Positions 47,262 through 54,845 of a stretch of 54,845 nucleotides of DNA are shown piece after piece (within the stretch, counting starts at the first letter, position 1; the number at the start of each line of letters is the position of its first letter). The DNA lies in contig JAZOUO010000103.1 in assembly GCA_045658225.1 (NCBI GenBank), positions 1 to 54,845 of the forward strand, written 5' to 3'. Origin of the DNA: Eubacteriales bacterium. Its GTDB lineage: Bacteria > Bacillota > Clostridia > Oscillospirales > CAG-272. A model generated the notes under the pieces. That model was not told the origin of the DNA, made no database searches, and saw nothing but the letters and a program-made list of their open reading frames with translations. Both the position numbers and the translations under genes were made by a program.

Positions 47262-48422
47262 TCATCTTTTGAACCTTACGAGTAAACCTATGCCATCCGC
47301 CAGCACCCGACCGAGTTCTTTTATTTCGTCCTCGGTATTATACTCGCACAAACTGACTCTTATCGTCGAATCCGCCTGCTCCTTTGTAAGGCCAAATCCA
47401 ACAAGCGCGCTTGAAATATGCTGAGAGTGAGACGAGCAAGCCGAGCCCGCCGACACGCATATTCCCTTTGCCGACAAGAAATTGAGCATAGTTTCACTCT
47501 TTATGCTAGGAAGTCTTACGCTGATAATATGTGGCGCGCGCTCGCCTGTGGGAGTGTTTATCTGCGCGCCTGCGCGTATAATCTCTTCTTCGGCAAGCCG
47601 GCGAAGACCTATAAGCTTTTCTCTGTTCTCTGAAAGCTTGTCAAGACCAACCTTTGCCGCCGCAGAAAAACCGACTATGCCGAGAACATTCTCCGTTCCC
47701 GAACGCAATCCACCCTCCTGACCGCCGCCTATTATATAAGGTATTATTTTTTTCGTCTTTATTATCTCGGGAGAAACATAAAGCGCGCCAACCCCCTTTG
47801 GTCCGTGTATCTTGTGCGCGCTGATACTCACGAGATCCGCGCCAAGCTTTTGCGGGCTGAACGGTATTTTCAAATATCCCTGAACCGCGTCACAATGTGT
47901 CACAACGTCAGGATTGATTTTCTTTGCCGCAGAAAAAATTCTCTGAACGTCATAGACCGCGCCTGTCTCATTGTTTACCATCATTACGGACACCAAAAGC
48001 ACTCCGCCGTCCATTTGCTTTTCAAAGGTCTCAAAATCAAAGACTCCGCCACGTGTGGATATTCTTACCACTTCAAAGCCGTCGCGCTCAAGCCTTTGCA
48101 TAACGTTTTCAACCGACGGATGCTCCGAGTCTGTGGTTATTATCTTATTCCCACGGCGCTTGTCCTTGGAATAAACACTTCCGAGAATAGCGAGGTTGTT
48201 CGCCTCAGTACCCGACGAGGTGAATACCACTCTTTGAGCCTCACTCTTTTTAAGTCCGAGCGATAGCGCGACGTTCTCCCTTGCCTGCTCTATCTGCTTT
48301 TTTGCTTCAAGACCCAATGCATGTCTTGACGAGGGATTACCGTAGACGTCAAGCATATGAGATATACTCTGCTTTGAAGCCTCACAGAGTGCCGTAGTTG
48401 CGCTGTTATCAAAATAAATCAT
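47262..48422 (-). CDS. iscS: Cysteine desulfurase (IscS/NifS family)
   Basis: IYFDNSATT, GNPSSRH, FTSSGTEANN, PLP-lysine SAHKIHGPKG, RSGTEN and catalytic SAGSACSS. Confidence 0.88.
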   Translation of the reverse strand: MIYFDNSATTALCEASKQSISHMLDVYGNPSSRHALGLEAKKQIEQARENVALSLGLKKSEAQRVVFTSSGTEANNLAILGSVYSKDKRRGNKIITTDSEHPSVENVMQRLERDGFEVVRISTRGGVFDFETFEKQMDGGVLLVSVMMVNNETGAVYDVQRIFSAAKKINPDVVTHCDAVQGYLKIPFSPQKLGADLVSISAHKIHGPKGVGALYVSPEIIKTKKIIPYIIGGGQEGGLRSGTENVLGIVGFSAAAKVGLDKLSENREKLIGLRRLAEEEIIRAGAQINTPTGERAPHIISVRLPSIKSETMLNFLSAKGICVSAGSACSSHSQHISSALVGFGLTKEQADSTIRVSLCEYNTEDEIKELGRVLADGIGLLVRFKR

Positions 48423-48432
48423 TACAGTTTCC

Positions 48433-49524
48433 TTATTTTACCTTAAAATGCTCTATCATTTTGTTTGCGTCTGCAATATGAGCATCATAATTTTCCGCTG
48501 TAGCGGTGTAGGTTATAACGTAGTATATCTCGCCCTTGAGAATTATAACCTGCTTGAATTTGTACTCTACTCCGCCACTCTTGCCAGCAAAAGTACCTAC
48601 CATACTTCCTTCAATACCGCCCGCGGTCTGAACAGAGCTTTCGCCCTCAACAAATTCGGTCAGAATATTCTCGTACTTCTTCATACAGCTCTTCCAATAC
48701 GTCTCGACCGAATGCTCCGTCTCGCTTGGCATAATGAACTGCACCGTAAGGTTCGACTTGTCAGCCGTATAAACATTGGTTATCTGACCGCTATTGTCAA
48801 CGTGCCAATCGGTAGGAGCGAAAAGAATATACGGCCTTTCCTTTGAGGACGCGAGCTTCATTCCCTCGGGAGCTTCCACCTTGTCATATTTTTTGTTATC
48901 CTCGCTGACGTACGCATCGGCAAACTTGAAATAGCCAATAATTCCAATGTCTTCCTCGTCGGGATTTCCGTTCATATCAACAACTCTCTGCTCGTAATCC
49001 GTATCGGGCGCGCAGAAAACAAGAACGTACATCTGCCCGTTATGTATTGCCATTATCTGCATAAACTTATACGTGACGGGAATGACCTGTTCGGAATCAC
49101 CAATCCCCGTATTCTTTTTCGCAGTGTAAACGTACTTACCTGCCGACTCACCGCCAAGCACCGTCGTGCCGCTTTCGCTCTCGATGTATTTGAAGTCTGT
49201 AAGCTCTGAAGAAAGCTTCTGTGTACAAATCTCCCAATATTCAGCAACAGACTTGCAACCCTTTGCGTCGTGGGGAGTATAAACGCTCACGACTGTGGCG
49301 GGCTCACCCGTAGCCTCACTTGAAAGCGCAAAGTACGCGCTTGTGACTCCGCTGCTCGTGTTAGACGCCCAGCCCTGCGTAGGCACGTACAAACGGAAGG
49401 TGTCGCCTTCCCTTGCTATAAGCTGATATCCATCGGGAACATCCTTTTTAGAGCAACCCGAAAGACTCAAGGCTGATATAATTATACAGAGTGTTAAAAT
49501 TAAAATTCCTACTCTTTTTTTCAA
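48433..49524 (-). CDS. Lipoprotein with two tandem PsbP/DcrB-like domains
   Basis: TTG start; lipobox LSGC; internal repeat (VPDGYQL...FRLYVPTQGW / APEGMKL...YILFAPTDW), each ending KF.Q...Y..(V/I).F/Y.A....Y. Confidence 0.7.
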   Translation of the reverse strand: MKKRVGILILTLCIIISALSLSGCSKKDVPDGYQLIAREGDTFRLYVPTQGWASNTSSGVTSAYFALSSEATGEPATVVSVYTPHDAKGCKSVAEYWEICTQKLSSELTDFKYIESESGTTVLGGESAGKYVYTAKKNTGIGDSEQVIPVTYKFMQIMAIHNGQMYVLVFCAPDTDYEQRVVDMNGNPDEEDIGIIGYFKFADAYVSEDNKKYDKVEAPEGMKLASSKERPYILFAPTDWHVDNSGQITNVYTADKSNLTVQFIMPSETEHSVETYWKSCMKKYENILTEFVEGESSVQTAGGIEGSMVGTFAGKSGGVEYKFKQVIILKGEIYYVITYTATAENYDAHIADANKMIEHFKVK

Positions 49525-49542
49525 TTTTGTATACCTCTTTTT

Positions 49543-50808
49543 TTATTTCTGTCCGAGCATTGACTCCGCCGCAGACATAATGCCTATCTTACCGCTTTCA
49601 TAGGTAAGACCGCCCTGAAAATACACTGTGTAGGGGGGGCGCATAGGGCCATCAGCCGAAAGCTCGATGGACGAGCCCTGAGTGAACGCTCCCGCCGCCA
49701 TAATGACCTGACTTGTATATCCGGGCATTTCCCAAGGCTCGGGAGTGACAAAGGAATCCACGGGAGAGCCCTTTTGTATTCCTCTGCAGAACGCGCAAAG
49801 CAGGTCGGGCGACTCGGTAATTACGGTCTGAATTATGTCCGATCGCTCCTCATCCCAAGCGGGACTTACCTTGTATCCCATATTTCCGAATATATGAGCC
49901 GCGAGATGCGCAGTTTTAAGTGCCTGCGCGGTGGTGTGGGGCGCGTAGAAAAGACCTTTATAAAGGCTCTTATTCTGGCCCATAGTAGCTCCTACCTCAA
50001 GTCCGCAGCCTACTGAGGTAAGTCTATAAGACGCAAGCTCAACCGCGCGTGCAGTTCCCGCAATATATCCGCCAACCTCTGCCATACCGCCGCCGGGATT
50101 CTTTATAAGCGAGCCTATTATCATATCCGCGCCAACGTGTGTGGGCTCGTATTTTTCGGTGAACTCGCCGTAGCAGTTGTCAACAACCACGTAGGTCTCG
50201 GGAGAGATGCTCTTTACTAGCTTTACAAGCTCGCCAATCTCGGCGACTGTCAGGGTGCGTCTGTTAAGATAGCCCTTTGAACGCTGAACGAATATGACCT
50301 TTACGGGCTTGCCTGTGGCAATGTTTTCCGAAAGGACTCTTGCTATTGCTTCAAAATCAAGTGTTTTTTCGTCTATAAGCTCTATCTGTGAGTATTTTAC
50401 GCCAAAATCCGCAAGTGAGCCGTTGCCTGCCTCGCCCGCAATTCCTATGACCTCCTCAAGAGTGTCGTAGGGCTTGCCCGCAACTGACACCATAAGGTCA
50501 CCTGGGCGCAAAAGTCCGAAAAGACCAATAGTGAGAGCCTGCGTGCCGTTGACGATATTGTGGCGGACGAACGCCGCTTCAGCACCCATGACCTCTGCCC
50601 AGATTCTGTCAAGCGTATCCCTGCCTCTATCGTCGTAGCCGTAGCCGCTTGTGGAGTCAAACATAGCGGTCGCAACTCTGTTCTCTCTGAACGAGTCCAT
50701 TATTTTGTTTGTGTTATAAAAGGAAACCTCGTCTATTTTTGCAAATATAGGCGCAAGGTCCACCTCGGCTTTTGCCGTCAAATCAAGTATTGTCTGTGAA
50801 AAATTCAT
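49543..50808 (-). CDS. YnbB / aluminium-resistance PLP-dependent (methionine gamma-lyase-like) protein
   Basis: SGYGYDDRGRD, GKPYDTLEEVIG, QRSKGY, DNCYGEF, GSLIKNPGGG and GSSIELSADGP. Confidence 0.9.
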   Translation of the reverse strand: MNFSQTILDLTAKAEVDLAPIFAKIDEVSFYNTNKIMDSFRENRVATAMFDSTSGYGYDDRGRDTLDRIWAEVMGAEAAFVRHNIVNGTQALTIGLFGLLRPGDLMVSVAGKPYDTLEEVIGIAGEAGNGSLADFGVKYSQIELIDEKTLDFEAIARVLSENIATGKPVKVIFVQRSKGYLNRRTLTVAEIGELVKLVKSISPETYVVVDNCYGEFTEKYEPTHVGADMIIGSLIKNPGGGMAEVGGYIAGTARAVELASYRLTSVGCGLEVGATMGQNKSLYKGLFYAPHTTAQALKTAHLAAHIFGNMGYKVSPAWDEERSDIIQTVITESPDLLCAFCRGIQKGSPVDSFVTPEPWEMPGYTSQVIMAAGAFTQGSSIELSADGPMRPPYTVYFQGGLTYESGKIGIMSAAESMLGQK

Positions 50809-50822
50809 ACTGCCTCAATATA

Positions 50823-51818
50823 TCAAATATTTGCGTCAAATGCAACTGCAAGCTCAACGCAAGCCTGCACGTCGTTCATATCTATCATCTCAACACCTGT
50901 GTGGATATAGCGCGTGGGAATGGAAATCGCTACCGCGCGCGAGCCACCGCGAGCCATCTGCATAGAAGATGTATCCGTGCCCCCATAGGTGAGTATCTCA
51001 CACTGATGCACAATATTATTCTCCTTTGCAAGAGAGATGAGCTTCTGCGTGGTTTCCCAGTCGCAGATTACAGAATTGTCCTTAATCTTTATAGCCGCGC
51101 CGCCGCCAACCGAGCAAGCCATGGGCTTAGCACCGGGCACATCACCTGTTCCCGTCACGTCAAATGCTACGCCAAAGTCAGGCTCGATAGAGTATGCCGC
51201 AGTCTTTGAGCCGCGAACGCCTACCTCCTCCTGTACAGAGAAGCAGAAATAAAGGTCGTTGTTGCAACCGCTATCTGCTAGCTTTCTGGCAATCTCAATG
51301 AGGATAACACAGCCGATTCTGTCATCCATAGGACGACCGCATATCTTTCTGCCTATTCTTGTCACAGAGGATTCAAGATTAAAGCAATCGCCTATCTTTA
51401 CCTTCTTTTCGGCGTCCTTTTTATCCTTTGCGCCGATGTCTATATACACCTTGTCAGCCGCAAGGTCTGCCGCCTTAACGCTAGCCTCGGGAACGAGAAC
51501 TCCCTTTACGCCACTCTCGGATACAACGTATCCGTATGCCACCGCAACAAAATTGATGCCGCCAATGGGACTTACTCTGATAAAGCCTCTGTCGTCGATA
51601 TGAGTGACTATAAAGCCTATTTCGTCCATATGAGCGCAGAGCATTACCTTCTTTTTGTTCTCGCCCTTTCCGTATTTTACGGCGATAAGATTACCCATAG
51701 CGTCCTCCCATACCTTGTCGGTAAGAGGAGCGATATATGTGAGTATTTTATTTGATACAGAATTTTCTCTGCCCGAAACGGACGAGCAGGAGTTAAGTGA
51801 TTTAAGTGTGTTAAGCAT
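50823..51818 (-). CDS. M42-family aminopeptidase (paralogue 3)
   Basis: AHMDEIG, MDDRIGC, QEEVG, DVT, GGTD and RYIHT. Confidence 0.9.
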   Translation of the reverse strand: MLNTLKSLNSCSSVSGRENSVSNKILTYIAPLTDKVWEDAMGNLIAVKYGKGENKKKVMLCAHMDEIGFIVTHIDDRGFIRVSPIGGINFVAVAYGYVVSESGVKGVLVPEASVKAADLAADKVYIDIGAKDKKDAEKKVKIGDCFNLESSVTRIGRKICGRPMDDRIGCVILIEIARKLADSGCNNDLYFCFSVQEEVGVRGSKTAAYSIEPDFGVAFDVTGTGDVPGAKPMACSVGGGAAIKIKDNSVICDWETTQKLISLAKENNIVHQCEILTYGGTDTSSMQMARGGSRAVAISIPTRYIHTGVEMIDMNDVQACVELAVAFDANI

Positions 51819-51836
51819 TTATATAAATTCCTTTCT

Positions 51837-52913
51837 TTATAACTTGCCGCCCGCAACGAGCGCGTATACAAGCTCTCCCATAGCCTCGACGTCATCTGTG
51901 TGGACTACGTTTGAGGCACTGTGGATATATCTGGAGGGTGCGGAGAGTGACAAAACCTTTACTCCCTTGCCGCTTCTCTGAATATTTGCCGAGTCATTTC
52001 CTCCAGAAATATATCTCTTTATCTGCGCCTTGATACCCTTTATCTCGGCTACCGAGAGCGCTATATCAACTATGTTTCTGTCGTAAATCGTGCTTCTGTC
52101 CATAAGGGATATTGCGCCGCCCTCGCCGAGCTTTGCAACACGGCTTGCCTCGGGCACACCGTGTATGTCCGCAACTGCTGTGGATTCAAGAACTATCGCG
52201 GCATCGGGAGATATAGTGTTCGCCGCAACGACCGCGCCCGAAATTCCTATCTCCTCACAGCAGGTAAACGCAAAGTAAACGTCATACTCAAGACCCTTGC
52301 CGTTTGTATGGAGCTTTCTCATAATGTCTATCATTATCGCGCAACCCAGTCTGTCATCAAGAGCCTTGCCCTTTATAAGCTTGTCCTCTGAACCAAAGCG
52401 AACAAAATCCGACTCAAATACGCCAACATCGCCTATCTCAACGTACTCTCTCGCCTCCGTCTCACTCGACGCGCCGATGTCAATATACATTTTGCTTATG
52501 GGAGTGACCTTTGTACGCTCCTCCGCGCTCTGCATGTGTATCGCCTTTGAGGATATAATTCCGTTTATTCTCTTGTCTCCCTCACCGATAATCACCCTTT
52601 TGTCAAGTAACACCGCAGGGGATATTCCTCCGATAGTCATAAACTTGAGGTAGCCCTCCTCGGTAATGTCAGAAACCATAATTCCGACCTCGTCCATGTG
52701 GGCGCATATCATTACCTTTTTGGGAGACTCGGCATTGTACTCAATTCCTCTGCCTGATACCTTTGCAATAACATTGCCTAATCTGTCGCGTGTGTAAGAA
52801 TCGCAATCTCCCTGTATCTGACCTACTATAAAGTCCGCAACCTCGCCCTCACAGCTCGAAGGCCCGAAAAGAAGGCTCAATTTTTCAAGAAGCTCAAGAC
52901 CTGAATATTTCAT
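51837..52913 (-). CDS. M42-family aminopeptidase (paralogue 2)
   Basis: AHMDEVG, KALDDRLGC, CEEIG, GGND and RYIHS. Confidence 0.9.
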   Translation of the reverse strand: MKYSGLELLEKLSLLFGPSSCEGEVADFIVGQIQGDCDSYTRDRLGNVIAKVSGRGIEYNAESPKKVMICAHMDEVGIMVSDITEEGYLKFMTIGGISPAVLLDKRVIIGEGDKRINGIISSKAIHMQSAEERTKVTPISKMYIDIGASSETEAREYVEIGDVGVFESDFVRFGSEDKLIKGKALDDRLGCAIMIDIMRKLHTNGKGLEYDVYFAFTCCEEIGISGAVVAANTISPDAAIVLESTAVADIHGVPEASRVAKLGEGGAISLMDRSTIYDRNIVDIALSVAEIKGIKAQIKRYISGGNDSANIQRSGKGVKVLSLSAPSRYIHSASNVVHTDDVEAMGELVYALVAGGKL

Positions 52914-53953
52914 CTACCGAACACCTCCGCAATTTCCTTGGATCTTATAAACTCGCAGACGAAATCCGAAAGCGCCTGTGCATCGTCAAGCGACAACACC
53001 TCATTTGAGGTATGCATATTCCTGAGAGGAAGGCTCGCGAGCACGGTGGGAATACCGCTCCGAGAAGTTGCCATTTTGTTTGCGTCAGTACCTGTGTTGT
53101 TGGGCTCTGCGTGCAGAGTGTATTTTATTCCCTTATCATCACACAGCGTGCGAGACATCTTGGTGAGGGCTCGGCTCGTCACCGCAGACACCGAGATCGC
53201 AATTCCACTGCCGATAACGCTCCACTTTTTGCCATCCTCCTCAGGCACCCACGAATCGGTAACGTCCATAACCAGCGCATAATCGGGGTCAATGCCATAC
53301 GCAGAGGTAGCCGCTCCAAAGCCGCCGACCTCCTCGCGAGTGGTAAACACAAAATAAATATCTCCCGCAAGATCAGACGCCTCAGTATTAGCTATCGCAT
53401 ACGCCGCGCAAGCGCCGCAAGCCTTGTCATCAAAGGCTTTGCCTGCAAGTCTGCCTCCGAGAAGCTGAGTGTATTTGGGCTTAAAGCCTATGGGCGTGCC
53501 AATAGGACAAAGTCTTTCAAGCTCTTCCTTGGGCAGTCCCGTATCTATGAGTATTGCGTCTATCTCCTTTGCCTTATTGGCATCCTTGGGTTTTATAAGG
53601 TGAGGAGATGTTGACGAAACTACACCGTACACCTCACGCTCTCCGTATATTATCACCTCTGTTGACTGCAAAATTTTCGAGTCAATTCCACCGATATTGG
53701 CAACATTTAAAAATCCGCCATCGTTTATTCCCGACACGATAAGCCCTACCTCGTCAAAGTGACAGTCTATCATGATCTTGGGCGCATTTTCTCTGCCGCA
53801 TCTCTTTATGAAAATATGATTTCCTATTTTGTCTGTATAGCTCTCGTCAAACAAGTCTCCAATAATAGAGTTAAGCTTGTCCGTACTATATCTCTCGCTC
53901 CCCGCCACCGACATCAGCGACGAGAGCGAGATTATAAGCTCTTTGAGTTTCAT
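52910..53953 (-). CDS. M42-family aminopeptidase (paralogue 1)
   Basis: CHFDEVG, KAFDDKAC, REEVG, MDVT, TGTDA and RNMHT. Confidence 0.88.
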   Translation of the reverse strand: MKLKELIISLSSLMSVAGSERYSTDKLNSIIGDLFDESYTDKIGNHIFIKRCGRENAPKIMIDCHFDEVGLIVSGINDGGFLNVANIGGIDSKILQSTEVIIYGEREVYGVVSSTSPHLIKPKDANKAKEIDAILIDTGLPKEELERLCPIGTPIGFKPKYTQLLGGRLAGKAFDDKACGACAAYAIANTEASDLAGDIYFVFTTREEVGGFGAATSAYGIDPDYALVMDVTDSWVPEEDGKKWSVIGSGIAISVSAVTSRALTKMSRTLCDDKGIKYTLHAEPNNTGTDANKMATSRSGIPTVLASLPLRNMHTSNEVLSLDDAQALSDFVCEFIRSKEIAEVFGR

Positions 53954-53971
53954 TTATTTTTGCCTCTCGTT

Positions 53972-54845
53972 TTATTCAAGCTCGTTTACTATCTTTTTGA
54001 AATAATCTCCGCGCTCCTCAAAGTTTTTGAAGGCGTCAAAGCTGGTGCAGGCGGGGGACAAAAGTACGATATCACCCTCATTTGCAAGATCTCTTGCCGC
54101 TCTTACCGCATCCGCAAAGTCGGGCACGAGCCTCACAGGGAGTGCTTCGGGGTCATATTTGGGGCAAGCCTCTATATCTTTTTTTATATCCTGAGCCGTA
54201 GCACCCGTCAGAATAACCGCCTTTACAGACTCGCAAAGGTCGCTTGCCAACGAGTCAAACGGTATTCCCTTTCCCTTGCCACCGCAAATAATGATGGGCT
54301 TCTGCGAAAGCGCCGAGATTGCTGCGTGCGTGCGTGAAGGGCTTGAGTCTATCGAGCTGTTGTAATATTTCACTCCGTCAAGCTCACGGACAAATTCAAG
54401 TCTGTGGGCAACTCCGCCAAATTCGCGTGCGATAGGAGAAATAAGCTCGCGCGACACGTAGCCGTCTGTAATGGCTATCGCTGCCATATAATTTTCAACA
54501 TTATGACGACCGGGAAGTCTTATATCCGAGACCTTGAGTATCTCCTCACGTCCGCCGTATTCACCCTCAATGATGACCGAGCCACTTCTCTCATATATTG
54601 CCTTGCAGCCCCTCTTGTAAGGCGGAACTATGGCGTCATAAGAGCTTTTTCTCGACGAAAAATACGTAATCTTCAGGTCGCTGTTTCTCGCTATCTCTGA
54701 AGTCACGTCATTATCCGCATTGGTTACAAGCGCAGAGATAGGCTTGTGCATACAAATATTGCACTTGGACTGAATATATTCTTCGTATCTATCCTTGTGC
54801 CAATCCAGATGATTGGGGGATATATTTGTAATTATAGCTCTGTCG
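53972..54845 (-). CDS. murD: UDP-N-acetylmuramoyl-L-alanine--D-glutamate ligase (5' end outside the window)
   Basis: Frame stays open to the window edge: ITNISPNHLDWH, PGRHNVEN, HRLE and LLSPACTSFDAFKNFEERG. Confidence 0.92.
   Translation of the reverse strand, partial: DRAIITNISPNHLDWHKDRYEEYIQSKCNICMHKPISALVTNADNDVTSEIARNSDLKITYFSSRKSSYDAIVPPYKRGCKAIYERSGSVIIEGEYGGREEILKVSDIRLPGRHNVENYMAAIAITDGYVSRELISPIAREFGGVAHRLEFVRELDGVKYYNSSIDSSPSRTHAAISALSQKPIIICGGKGKGIPFDSLASDLCESVKAVILTGATAQDIKKDIEACPKYDPEALPVRLVPDFADAVRAARDLANEGDIVLLSPACTSFDAFKNFEERGDYFKKIVNELE

Overview
This window looks like core chromosome from a spore-forming Clostridia-class Firmicute. It carries trpS, TPP-riboswitch/thiT, an intact sigK, spoVAD-spoVAE, udp, a PDZ-protein/two-component operon, addBA, eno, a complete glycogen operon (glgB-C-D-A-P plus a GH13 enzyme), holB-ricT-ferredoxin-tRNA-modification genes, purC, a four-tRNA operon (Val, Asp, Gly, Cys), a cysteine desulfurase, three tandem M42 peptidases and a partial murD. 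I recognised no integrase, transposase or cas gene. The most unusual region is 44.6-46.7 kb, just downstream of tRNA-Cys. Three unrelated, AT-rich, ~4-TM orphan genes there share a promoter/RBS module (TGATATA(A/C)T-N7-AGAAAGGCGGTG). Two of them are preceded by a ~210-bp repeat built from direct and inverted degenerate copies of the tRNA-Cys 3' end plus a GTAG-type REP hairpin, which suggests a tRNA-anchored gene-cassette array. Other oddities: a cobalamin riboswitch containing a palindromic insert and driving an apparent DUF4430/pyrimidine-nucleoside-phosphorylase chimera; two intact pseudo-enzymes (a FolC homologue and an ABC ATPase lacking their catalytic motifs); an HtrA-like PDZ protein with no protease domain behind a Pho-box-like site; and a multi-hairpin intergenic element after sigK. 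All calls come from reading the sequence; no database search was run.
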